Shown in pieces: positions 31,478 through 41,030 of a stretch of 63,502 nt of DNA. This stretch comes from an uncultured Bdellovibrionales bacterium (GTDB lineage Bacteria > Bdellovibrionota_C > UBA2361 > J135). The stretch spans positions 1-63,502 of the forward strand of contig CAZFXN010000011.1 in assembly GCA_964523015.1 (NCBI GenBank), given 5' to 3'. Numbering within the stretch: the first letter of the stretch is position 1; the number at the start of each line of letters is the position of its first letter. The notes under the pieces were generated by a model. That model saw only the letters and a list, made by a program, of their open reading frames with translations. It had not been told where the DNA came from and did not search any database. Position numbers and translations under genes: made by a program.

Positions 31478-33837
31478 CCAAGCCTCCCTTGCTTAGCTGA
31501 GATTATTTCAAGCATTTTTCTTGGATTAACTCTCATGGCCGCACCAGTTGGACAAGAGCGGACACAAGCCGGACCTCCCGGCAAAGTTGAGCACATATCA
31601 CACTTTCCAGCCTTAGCAGGCCCCTTGCTTTTTGCGGCGTCTTTTTTACCTAAGCCTAAAAGAGAAAGTAACGAGAAAGGCTCCGCTGGTTTCGAATAAA
31701 CCATCTGAATAACACCGTATGGGCAATTAGAAACACAATTACCACACCCGATGCAGCTGTCTTGAATTATCACCTCTCCATCAGGTCTTCTAACCAGAGC
31801 ATCTGGTGGGCAATCAACCATGCAAAGTGGATTTTCACAGTGACGACATGAGATCGGAATCTGAATAGCCGCAAAACTCTTCCCACCTTTTCTATCTAAC
31901 CTGGTATATCCTCCATGCGTTGCAGCACATGCTTTTTCGCAATTGTCACATCCTACACAGAGATCTGAATCAATCAAAAGAACATTGTCAGCGTCACTAA
32001 CCCCTTGACCAAGCATAAAATCAAGAAGGGTCCCTACCTTTTCATTTTGACTAGCAGTTATGTTTTCTATCTCTCTCTCTTTAATTAAAGAGAGGATTCT
32101 TTTTTTAGTATTTAGATTTCGATCTATAACAAAACGGAAATCGGCCTTATCTATTACGATGGTTTCACAAGCGACGGCTGCAGTTACTGTAGCGTTACGT
32201 GGTGTAACCTCATCCTTTATAAGTGCCATCTCTCCAACATAATTACCGGCGGCCAGATAAGTTTGAGTAACCTCAATTCCTTTTTTGTTTTTTCTAGAAA
32301 TTTTTACTGAACCTTTTCGGATTACATACAACTGCTCCCCAGGATCTCCTTCTCGAAATAGGACTTCCCCCTTTTTAAAGAATTTCGTTTTGGCCGCAGT
32401 AACTATATCTGCCAAGTAATGAACCTCAACATCTGGAAAGATCGATGTAGCTAAGGCATTACTCATAAATTTTAAATCAATAGCTCGTTTAATACTGTCT
32501 ACCGAGGCTATTAACTTAAGCATCTGCTTTCTTGGAGTCTCAAGGATCAAACCATCCTTAGAAGCAACAACAGTGGCAGTTCGACGCCTGCCAGATAGTA
32601 ATCCAATTTCTCCAAAAAAAGTTCCCTGCTCCATCTCAATGGTTTTATCGTTAGGTAATTGGATAAAAACAGATCCTGAAATGATATTGAAAAAAGTATC
32701 GGTATAATCATTTCGATCAAAAATAACCTGGCCTTTCTTCACCACATGTACTGTCGAATCAATGATTAACTCACGATATTGCGGCTCACTTAGATCTTTA
32801 AAGATCGGCAAATTTGCTGAGATCATCTGCAACGATTCACTAACCGGCCTTTCAAGGTGAGTTAATTTCTCATCAATTAAAATCTGATCAGCAGGTTCTA
32901 TCTCATTTCCTAAAATGTGCTCAATTACTTCATAGCCCTGATTGATCCCCTGCTTAATAAGTGGGTAGCCAATTAGAGATCCAACCAAATAGAGCCCCGG
33001 AATATTAGATTCATAATTTTTTGAAACGACAGGTACTGAGGTAATTTCTGCATTTGGAAAAACGATTCCGCAACTCTCTAAAAACTTACGAGGTGGAATT
33101 GCCCCTATTCGTGCAATTATTTGATCGCATGGTATTTCAACAAGTCCTTCGGTAGCAGAATTAATAAAGGCCTTTCCTGCCTCAACATGATCCATATTTG
33201 AGTTATAAAAACAGCGGATCTTCCCTGCTTCTATGGCTTTCATAATTAAACTTATGTTTCCATCCTTGGCTCGAGCAAAATCCTCGGTTCTATTAAGAAT
33301 AGAGACAATATTTTTTTCAGATAATGCGACCGCATTTTCTATAGCTGCATCACCTGCTCCTACTACTAAGATATGCTTATCAACAAAGGCGTCAGGATCT
33401 CTAAGAGTGTATCCAACATGAGGAAGATCCTCTCCTGGCACACCAAGTTTTCGTGGTGCCCCTTGTATTCCGACAGCCAAAATTACATTTTTGGCTGTAA
33501 TAGATTCCTCTCCAAACTTAATCTCAAAATGTTCTTCGGATTTTACGATTGACTTAACTTCAGCTTTTTTAAGATTAACGCCTAAGCTCTTTAAAGCCTC
33601 ATTCCAACTATCTAAGATTGATTCGCGTGTGCCAGCTTCGAAAGCAACGTGAGCCCTAAGAGGTAGTTTGCCTGGCTCAGCCATGACATGCTTTCTAAGC
33701 TGGTATTCAAATATGGTATTTCCAACTTCGGCTTTCTCAAAAAGGATATGAGAAAGTTTATGATTTGCTGCATTAGTGGCAGCTCCTAATCCACCTGGGC
33801 CAGCGCCAATAATTGCAATATCAAAATGTTCAGGCAT
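31474..33837 (-). CDS. FAD/NAD(P)H oxidoreductase fused to two cNMP-binding domains and a 4x[4Fe-4S] ferredoxin domain
   Basis: GAGPGG and GAGDAA Rossmann motifs; FFGEIGLLSGRRRTATV and YVGEMAL..PRNATV; CVGCDNCEKAC, CRHCENPLCMVDCP, CIGCGNCVSNCP, CDMC..ACVRSCP. Confidence 0.92.
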   Translation of the reverse strand: MPEHFDIAIIGAGPGGLGAATNAANHKLSHILFEKAEVGNTIFEYQLRKHVMAEPGKLPLRAHVAFEAGTRESILDSWNEALKSLGVNLKKAEVKSIVKSEEHFEIKFGEESITAKNVILAVGIQGAPRKLGVPGEDLPHVGYTLRDPDAFVDKHILVVGAGDAAIENAVALSEKNIVSILNRTEDFARAKDGNISLIMKAIEAGKIRCFYNSNMDHVEAGKAFINSATEGLVEIPCDQIIARIGAIPPRKFLESCGIVFPNAEITSVPVVSKNYESNIPGLYLVGSLIGYPLIKQGINQGYEVIEHILGNEIEPADQILIDEKLTHLERPVSESLQMISANLPIFKDLSEPQYRELIIDSTVHVVKKGQVIFDRNDYTDTFFNIISGSVFIQLPNDKTIEMEQGTFFGEIGLLSGRRRTATVVASKDGLILETPRKQMLKLIASVDSIKRAIDLKFMSNALATSIFPDVEVHYLADIVTAAKTKFFKKGEVLFREGDPGEQLYVIRKGSVKISRKNKKGIEVTQTYLAAGNYVGEMALIKDEVTPRNATVTAAVACETIVIDKADFRFVIDRNLNTKKRILSLIKEREIENITASQNEKVGTLLDFMLGQGVSDADNVLLIDSDLCVGCDNCEKACAATHGGYTRLDRKGGKSFAAIQIPISCRHCENPLCMVDCPPDALVRRPDGEVIIQDSCIGCGNCVSNCPYGVIQMVYSKPAEPFSLLSLLGLGKKDAAKSKGPAKAGKCDMCSTLPGGPACVRSCPTGAAMRVNPRKMLEIISAKQGRLG

Positions 33838-34027
33838 AGAGCTGTCTGTACGAAGTGTTCGTTATGTAAACGTTTTTTGGAGGAACTATATGTGAGAGGG
33901 AAAATCGAAGCAATGAAAAGCTCTTTAATGACATGAACATAGGGGAATCTGGTCAATAATTTCAACCGCTGTTTTAATTGTAAAAATCTTACTGACAACC
34001 TCATTGAAGTTCATTAAAGAGAGAGTG

Positions 34028-35317
34028 ATGCATAATCGAATTTTCTATTTATTCGCAATAATACTTCTTAGTACTCTTTCAGTAGGCACTACTTCATTAG
34101 CTGCTCCTGATACTCATAAGTATATGGGGGCTGCGACGTGTGCCTCATCAAACTGCCATGGATCTGGATCTCCAAGAAGTGGATCCAATATACTTCAAGA
34201 CGAGTATGTCACCTGGTCTAAAAAAGACGCTCACTCTAAAGCATGGCGCGTATTAACAAATGAAGATTCTAAAAAAATCGGATTTAATTTAGGAATTAAA
34301 GATCCTTCAAAAGATCCACTCTGTCTTAAATGCCACTCGACATATGTTAGTGAAAAGTTACATGGGGACAAGTTTGCAATTGAAGATGGTGTATCTTGTG
34401 AAAACTGTCATGGTCCAGCTGAAAAATGGCTCTCCTCTCATGCTAGCTCAAAAACTAGTCATAGCGATAATATAGATCGTGGCATGACTGATTTAGTTTC
34501 CGTTGAATCCCGTGCAAAATTTTGTCTTAGCTGTCATTTCGGTAACGATGATAAGTTTGTTGATCATCGGATGATTGGAGCAGGTCATCCTCGACTCAGT
34601 TTTGAGTTAGATACTTTTAGTATGACTCAACCAAGACACTGGGATTACGATCAGGATTATGTAAAACGAAAAGGGGAATATGATCCAATTAAAGCTTGGC
34701 TAATTGGGCAGATTGAGATCTCAATTGCATCAGTAAAAGTACTATCCTCTGAAGCAAGATCCAGAAAAGGAATCTGGCCTGAACTTTCACTCTTTAACTG
34801 TTATGCTTGCCATCATTCTTTAGAGGAAGGCCAATGGAGAAAGCGTGAATATAAAAATGGCCCTGGGGAATTAAAGTTAAACGTATCTTCTCTTTTAGTT
34901 ATTAAAGATGCTTTAGCAGTTTTAGAGCCGTCTCTTTATAAAAGTCTGGAGCAGAACTTAGCTTTACTTCATGAACAATATAAAGAAGGAAAAGCTTCAA
35001 ATCTTCTCTCTACAATGGAAACTTTACTTACAGATCAAGCTTACCATGTGATAAGAACTGCTCAAATTTCAGAGACCATCCGATCGAAACTTCTTAAAAT
35101 GATAGTTAACATAGCTGCGACAACTCCCCATTTTCAGTATGAAGAAGCCGAGCAAGTTCTAATGGGGATCTCTGCTATCCTTTCAAGCGATAAAGAGACC
35201 TGGAAAAAACTTTCAAAAGAAATTGACCAAATGTATTTAGCATTAAAAACCCCGGAAGAGTTTAGCGCAGAAGACTTTACAGCTGCCTCAAAAAAATTAC
35301 AGCAAAAACTGCTTTGA
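34028..35317 (+). CDS. Periplasmic multiheme cytochrome c554-like protein
   Basis: Signal peptide; CASSNCH (Cx4CH), CLKCH, GVSCENCHGP, CLSCH, CYACH; ATG 34028 chosen as start. Confidence 0.85.
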   Translation: MHNRIFYLFAIILLSTLSVGTTSLAAPDTHKYMGAATCASSNCHGSGSPRSGSNILQDEYVTWSKKDAHSKAWRVLTNEDSKKIGFNLGIKDPSKDPLCLKCHSTYVSEKLHGDKFAIEDGVSCENCHGPAEKWLSSHASSKTSHSDNIDRGMTDLVSVESRAKFCLSCHFGNDDKFVDHRMIGAGHPRLSFELDTFSMTQPRHWDYDQDYVKRKGEYDPIKAWLIGQIEISIASVKVLSSEARSRKGIWPELSLFNCYACHHSLEEGQWRKREYKNGPGELKLNVSSLLVIKDALAVLEPSLYKSLEQNLALLHEQYKEGKASNLLSTMETLLTDQAYHVIRTAQISETIRSKLLKMIVNIAATTPHFQYEEAEQVLMGISAILSSDKETWKKLSKEIDQMYLALKTPEEFSAEDFTAASKKLQQKLL

Positions 35318-35911
35318 ATTAATTAATGCCCTTAAGCTTTTAATATTTTCCTGTTTCTGCTCCTCTCTCAATCTATTTGCAGGCCCAGTATGCCACTGAT
35401 GTGCCTCAAGAAGATTAAGGGAATGTTCTAAAAACATCTCTGCCGAAGGTAGGTTTAGCTCTTTTAGAACTAATTTTCCCTTATCAAAAAAATCTTTCCG
35501 CCCTAAATTACTAACATCAGCGTCAAGAAGATAGCCGGAGAGACGTGTAGTTGGAATTTGTTTAAATCCACCTTCTGCTACCTGCATCTTTGTATCAAGG
35601 ATCATTGTCTTAACTAGATCAACCTCTTCAACGGAATATCCACCTGCTATGCTCATTGCCTCCTCAGCCATCTTAGCTCCAAGATCTTCATTGTCTCTAC
35701 GCTGAGATAAAAACCCAGCATCATGATATGCAGCAGCAACAACTAAAAGCTCTATCTCACGATCATTTAAATTGTCCCCCTTTGCATAACAGAGAACTTC
35801 TTCTATCACATCGAGTGTATGATCATAGTTATGGTAGTAGAGATCATTAGGTAGATCTCTCTTCAGCTTATCTAGAATTGTAGTGACTAAAGGTAATTGC
35901 TTAAAGTTCAC
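35297..35911 (-). CDS. HD-domain phosphohydrolase (putative cyclic-nucleotide phosphodiesterase)
   Basis: YYHNYDHTLDV, AAYHDAGF, LLDADV. Confidence 0.8.
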   Translation of the reverse strand: MNFKQLPLVTTILDKLKRDLPNDLYYHNYDHTLDVIEEVLCYAKGDNLNDREIELLVVAAAYHDAGFLSQRRDNEDLGAKMAEEAMSIAGGYSVEEVDLVKTMILDTKMQVAEGGFKQIPTTRLSGYLLDADVSNLGRKDFFDKGKLVLKELNLPSAEMFLEHSLNLLEAHQWHTGPANRLREEQKQENIKSLRALINSKQFLL

Positions 35912-35979
35912 TTGATGTCTTTTCCTGATCAGTCTTTAAAGTTTGAGCTGTCATTATCACAAAATTTGAGTCATTAAGA

Positions 35980-35995
35980 TGTGAAATAAATCACA
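35980..35995. promoter_or_regulatory. CRP-family binding site
   Basis: TGTGA-AATAAA-TCACA, perfect consensus, between the divergent HD and FecR-TPR genes. Confidence 0.75.
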
Positions 35996-36153
35996 ATCTG
36001 TTCTGCAAAGAGCTCACATAAATGAGATATTGTTTTAAAAATAACTGATTATTGACCTTTTTCCCCTTCTTAGAGTTATAAAAAACAATAGGTAGTGAAT
36101 TTTTATCTTTCTCAGAATGAATTGAGAGTAATAAAGTACCCAAGTGCCATCTT

Positions 36154-39100
36154 ATGAAAGTACTTATTTATCAATTAATTCAAAAAGATATGAGTTCAAA
36201 AATAAATTATCTAATTGTTTCTCTTTTTCTTACCTCGCTAACCTTAGCAGATATTGCATTGGCTGAGAGCATAGCCAAACTTTTCTCTGCTCAAGGTGTT
36301 GTCGAAATCAAAAATCCCAACGCTGCCACCTGGAGTAAACTTTCAGAGGGATCCGCAATTAACAGTGGGGACACGGTAAGAACACTAAGTGAGGGAAAAG
36401 CAGCGATCCTATTTACTGATGGTGGATTGGTTAGATTGAGTGAAAATTCATCTATGACGTTCGAGCCAACCAAGGCTGCTTCAAATATAGAGAAAAATGT
36501 TGCTATGGATTCTGGAAGTGCTTTCTTTTTTAGTCGAGAGCCAAAGCGTTTTCCAAATGTAATTACACCGTCAGTGAGCGCCGCGGTTAGAGGGACTGAA
36601 TTTGCGGTTGAAGTTACAAGCTCTCAAACAAAAGTCTCAGTTCTAGATGGTGCGGTAGAGTGTAAGAACTCCTATGGCCAAGTAACACTCTCTCAAAATG
36701 AAGTAGCTACGACAAAGAAAGGAAGTGCTCCTCAAAAATCTTTACTCATTAATCCAATCGATGCTGTTCAATGGGCAATTAATATACCAATTATTGCTGA
36801 TAAACCTTCCTTAGCTGAGCTTAGAAAAACTAGTACAGGGGGAGAGATTATTGAGGTATCAAAACTCTTATCTAAAGGAAAGTTAAAGGACGCGGAAAGT
36901 CATCTCAGAAAATTGCATCAAAGTGTTAAGCAGAAAAGTACCTCTTTTAATGGGCAATCTCTCTCTTATATCTACGCTTATGATGCGATCTTACATCTAG
37001 TCAGAAACGACAAAGCAAAAGCACGAGAACTCTCTACACTAGCTATAAGTTCTAACTCACTTAATACTACAGCCTTACTTAGTGCTGCATACGTTGATCA
37101 GGCTTCCTTTAATTTACCTGGTGCTAAATCAAAAATAGAAAAGCTGTTACTAATCAATCCAAGTAATCCAGTAGCTAGAGCAAAGTTAGCTGAGCTTAAT
37201 TTATCTCTAGGATCCATTGATGAAGCAAAACGAGTAATAAATGAAAATAACAACTCCCAACTTTCTAACGATCTTACTCATTCAGTTCTAGGGTTCATAG
37301 CTCTAATAGAGTACGAACCGGCAAAAGCAATTATAGAATTTAATAGGGCTATTGAACTAAACCCTAATTCAGCACTCCCTGTACTTGGTCGTGGTTTAGC
37401 AAAGATAAATCAAGGATTCCTTCAAGACGGAAGAGAGGACATTGAAGTAGCGGCAGCCCTTGAGCCAAATGTGGCAATTTATAGAAGCTACTTAGGAAAA
37501 GCTTTCTTTGAAGAGGATAGAGAAAATTTATCTCTAAATGAATATGCAAGAGCTATAGCATTAGACCCAAACGATCCTACTCCACACCTATATAGAGCCT
37601 ATACTTACTTATCGCAAAATAATGTCATCGGGGCACTTAGTGACGTTGAGGATTCAATTTCTAAAAACGACAACCGTGCTGTTTATAGATCTAAATTATA
37701 TTTAGATGAAGATAGCGCAGTACGAAGCGCCGGACTGGCTGAAGTTTTTAACTCAATAGGTTTCGTAAAAGCTGCTCAGATTGAAGCAATCAAATCAATT
37801 AATAAAGATTACGGCAACTATAGCGCTCACAAGTTACTCTCTGAAAGTTACAATACTATTCAAACTTCAGATGCATTGTTGTCTGAGAAAGCGATCACTA
37901 ATCTACTATCCCCACTTAGTTTTAATTTATATTCAAATCCTGGAAGCGATGCTTCTTTAAATGAGTACAATGCTCTCTTTGAGAGACCAAATAGAAAAGT
38001 TGATTTAAGATATCGTGGATCAACTCATGAAGATCTCTCAGTGCCTGCTGCATTCCTAACCGGTCGTACTGAGAAGTTTGGATATTTGCTAGGAGTAGAA
38101 TCAGGCAATGCTAACGGTAGCAAAGATAATAATTATTTAAGAGATCAGAGGCTCAGGGCTGCTGGACAATATCAGTTAACTAGTAAAGATCGAATTATTA
38201 CCGAGGGCAGATATCAAGCCTTTCACTCAGTTCAAGATAATTCTGGATTGGATGAAGTTATCTCTGAAAACTATGAACTTGATTTAGGATATCATCATAA
38301 ATTTGGTCCAGGCTCAGGATTTATTTCCCAAGTTACTTACCGTGACGCCCGCAATCATTTTGGATCTTATGCGGAACGACCGATGGCGCTAGATATTATT
38401 TCTGATGCTGAGATATTTTCAACTGAAGAGATCGTTGCTTTAAATGAACTGGCCAATGAAGATGTTCGAGATCTGCGATTTAGCGCCCAATATTATAAGA
38501 ATACTGAATTTTTAACTATTGTAACTGGAGCAGAATCCTATTCAGCTAAGCCAAAACGAAGAGAAAGTTCTACTATATTAGATGATGAATTTGATCTTTT
38601 TCCTGGGATTGATAGACAACTTAGATCTGAATCAACCCCTGATCTGACATCTCAGGACATATACCTTTATCCGACTCTACACCTAACAAAAATGTTAGAT
38701 CTTAATTTGGGAGTTTCCTATACAAACATAGAGGTAGAGGATCGAGTAGTTTTACCTTATCTTGATACCACGACAGATCAATCCCGATGGAACCCAAAAG
38801 TTGGCACCACTGTTTATCTTACCCCTGATCTAACTTGGAGAAGTGCCTACTTTGAAGGATTAAGAAAATCAGCACTTGAAGATACAGGAACACTTGAACC
38901 GACGCTAGTTGGTGGATTTAATCAGATATTCAATGATTTCTCTGGGGCACGTTCACGTACATACGCAACTGGATTGGATTACAAAATCGCAAAGAAAACG
39001 TATATGGGAGTTGAAAGATCTCACAGAGATGTTATCGAAGCTGATAATCTAGCTCGCACCACATATAGCTTAGATTTTGATTCCTTAACTCAAAGTACAA

Positions 39101-39552
39101 CGACCACACTTGATGATAAATTTGAAGATCATTTTAATCAAGACTTTCTCTCTGGATATCTGTATCAGGTTTTTTCTAAGCGCTGGGTAGGTACAGTAGA
39201 TTACGATTGGTTTAAATCTGAATTAACCGATCCAGATGTTTATCAAGACCTTAAATTACACAGATCTCGCTTTACATTAAGGTATTTTGATCCATCTGGA
39301 TGGTTTAGCTTTGCTACGGCCACTTGGCGAGAGCAAAACCGAGATGGTAGTTTTTTTGTTGAAGATGGCAATTCGCAATTTTGGATCGTTGATACTGGTG
39401 TTGGATACAGATTTCCTAGCCGTAAGGGTAGTATAGTTTTTAAATGTAATAACATCTTTGATAAACAGTTTGATTACGATCAATCTCCTGGCTTTGAGGA
39501 ATTCGTAGCGGCTGATATTGCTGGTGAAGTCTTGTTGTCGTTTAATTTTTAA
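36154..39552 (+). CDS. FecR - TPR - outer-membrane beta-barrel receptor (NsrA-like)
   Basis: FecR motifs GDTVRT, VRLSENS, TPSVSAAVRGTEF, VSVLDGAV; TPR array (ALDPNDPTPHLY); barrel ending in CNNIFDK...SFNF. Confidence 0.85.
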   Translation: MKVLIYQLIQKDMSSKINYLIVSLFLTSLTLADIALAESIAKLFSAQGVVEIKNPNAATWSKLSEGSAINSGDTVRTLSEGKAAILFTDGGLVRLSENSSMTFEPTKAASNIEKNVAMDSGSAFFFSREPKRFPNVITPSVSAAVRGTEFAVEVTSSQTKVSVLDGAVECKNSYGQVTLSQNEVATTKKGSAPQKSLLINPIDAVQWAINIPIIADKPSLAELRKTSTGGEIIEVSKLLSKGKLKDAESHLRKLHQSVKQKSTSFNGQSLSYIYAYDAILHLVRNDKAKARELSTLAISSNSLNTTALLSAAYVDQASFNLPGAKSKIEKLLLINPSNPVARAKLAELNLSLGSIDEAKRVINENNNSQLSNDLTHSVLGFIALIEYEPAKAIIEFNRAIELNPNSALPVLGRGLAKINQGFLQDGREDIEVAAALEPNVAIYRSYLGKAFFEEDRENLSLNEYARAIALDPNDPTPHLYRAYTYLSQNNVIGALSDVEDSISKNDNRAVYRSKLYLDEDSAVRSAGLAEVFNSIGFVKAAQIEAIKSINKDYGNYSAHKLLSESYNTIQTSDALLSEKAITNLLSPLSFNLYSNPGSDASLNEYNALFERPNRKVDLRYRGSTHEDLSVPAAFLTGRTEKFGYLLGVESGNANGSKDNNYLRDQRLRAAGQYQLTSKDRIITEGRYQAFHSVQDNSGLDEVISENYELDLGYHHKFGPGSGFISQVTYRDARNHFGSYAERPMALDIISDAEIFSTEEIVALNELANEDVRDLRFSAQYYKNTEFLTIVTGAESYSAKPKRRESSTILDDEFDLFPGIDRQLRSESTPDLTSQDIYLYPTLHLTKMLDLNLGVSYTNIEVEDRVVLPYLDTTTDQSRWNPKVGTTVYLTPDLTWRSAYFEGLRKSALEDTGTLEPTLVGGFNQIFNDFSGARSRTYATGLDYKIAKKTYMGVERSHRDVIEADNLARTTYSLDFDSLTQSTTTTLDDKFEDHFNQDFLSGYLYQVFSKRWVGTVDYDWFKSELTDPDVYQDLKLHRSRFTLRYFDPSGWFSFATATWREQNRDGSFFVEDGNSQFWIVDTGVGYRFPSRKGSIVFKCNNIFDKQFDYDQSPGFEEFVAADIAGEVLLSFNF

Positions 39553-39577
39553 TGAATTTTAATGAAGATTTAATCTT

Positions 39578-40990
39578 ATGAGAATTATTAAAAAAATTTT
39601 CTTACTTTCGACTATATTCAGCTCCCCTCTAATCTTTGCACCTCTAGCATCTGCTAACTTCACAGATATATATATCTCTGAACCAGTTATGGGCTTGGGC
39701 CAAATTCTTAAAGCAACAAAGAATGGGGTAGGTCTTGCAACAATTCCTCCTACCCCATCTGAGCCAATTAAGATTGCTCTTGATTCTGCACAGAATAAGA
39801 TTTATTGGGTCGAACAGAATACTGGACTAATTAGGAGGGCCAATCTTGATGGCACCAGTCAAGAAACTGTCGTATCAGGGACTTCTCCTCACGCATTAGC
39901 ACTTGATTTCACAAACGGAAGAATTTTTTGGGCTGAGGGGGTGAGCTCTAAGATGATCCATAGAGCAAATATTGATGGCTCTAATCCTACAATAATCTTA
40001 ACAACTGGCGAGGTATCAGCTAATATCGATCTAGCCTACGAAGCTACGACCAATATGTTTTATTGGACTGAACCTTCAAATGATATGATTTTTAGAGCGA
40101 ATCCTGATGGTTCTGGAGTAGTTGCAATCGTTACTATCCCATCAACAGGAACCCTATCTGGACTGTCTATCGATAAAGATAATCTTAAGATTTACTGGTC
40201 AGATAGTGGAGATCGAAATGTCAGTAGAGCTAATCTTGATGGAACTGGGTCTGAAATTGTAATAATGGATTCCCTCATTACCCCAGAAGGGATTGCTGTA
40301 GATTCTGTTGATGGACCAACTGTCTATTGGGCAGATACTAGTGCCCAAAGAGTACAAAGGTACAATATTGCTGGCGGTTCAATCCAAACTATCCTTACAT
40401 CAGTTGATGGGTTAACAATCCCTACTGATGTTGATCTTTTCTTTGACTCTTCAACACCTACTCCTACACCTACACCTACGCCTACACCTACTCCCGTTCC
40501 AGAAAAGACAGTCCCACAAACTCCAACTGTTGTTTTAACTGCTGACTCAAAGGAGGTGGATGTAACCTTTGAAGAATTTACAATTGAGTTCTTTTACCCA
40601 GAAGGAATCTCTTCTCAACTTGTTAACAAAACCCCTCAAGTTAGGTACGATGCAACCGCAAGAAGAAGTGACGGCGTTACAAAAAGAGTCATAAGTAAGA
40701 ATAGACAAGCAAAAATAAAACTACCTATCGGCTCCTGGTCAATTGACTATCGAGGACTTGCAGTTATTAAGAGAAAAAAATCGAAGCAAACTAGCGCTTC
40801 TACTAAGCTTAAAAATCGAATTGCTGACTTAGCAGCTAAGCTCGCAGAAACGCCTATCAATAAGACCAACAAGAGAATTTCTCTTAAAAACAAAATTCAA
40901 ACAGCTCAAGCTAAGAAAGCCTTAGCTAAAACAAAGACTGCGAAAAGAACGCTGAGAAGTGAGCCCTCAGATACGTTTAGTATCGAATGA
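39578..40990 (+). CDS. Secreted YWTD (LDL-receptor class B) beta-propeller protein with PT linker
   Basis: Repeats KIYWVE..IRRANLDG, IFWAE, FYWTE, IYWSD, VYWAD; (PT)n linker; basic C-terminal domain. Confidence 0.85.
   Translation: MRIIKKIFLLSTIFSSPLIFAPLASANFTDIYISEPVMGLGQILKATKNGVGLATIPPTPSEPIKIALDSAQNKIYWVEQNTGLIRRANLDGTSQETVVSGTSPHALALDFTNGRIFWAEGVSSKMIHRANIDGSNPTIILTTGEVSANIDLAYEATTNMFYWTEPSNDMIFRANPDGSGVVAIVTIPSTGTLSGLSIDKDNLKIYWSDSGDRNVSRANLDGTGSEIVIMDSLITPEGIAVDSVDGPTVYWADTSAQRVQRYNIAGGSIQTILTSVDGLTIPTDVDLFFDSSTPTPTPTPTPTPTPVPEKTVPQTPTVVLTADSKEVDVTFEEFTIEFFYPEGISSQLVNKTPQVRYDATARRSDGVTKRVISKNRQAKIKLPIGSWSIDYRGLAVIKRKKSKQTSASTKLKNRIADLAAKLAETPINKTNKRISLKNKIQTAQAKKALAKTKTAKRTLRSEPSDTFSIE
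40454..40495 (+). repeat. Hexanucleotide tandem repeat encoding (TP)7
   Basis: ACACCT/ACTCCT/ACGCCT units. Confidence 0.85.
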
Positions 40991-41030
40991 GAAGTTTTCA
41001 TTTCTCCATATCTATGATAGACTTACTGGT

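Noticed and set aside
21500-33837. Assignment to MtrCAB, NrfABCD, Hao or Dms/Psr complexes
   Set aside because: No CxxCK motif, no molybdopterin subunit, no NrfD-size membrane anchor, and the domain fusions do not match those systems.
40454-40495. Short tandem repeats here and at 58505-58547 as a CRISPR array
   Set aside because: No spacers, units too short, no cas genes; this one encodes a Pro-Thr linker.
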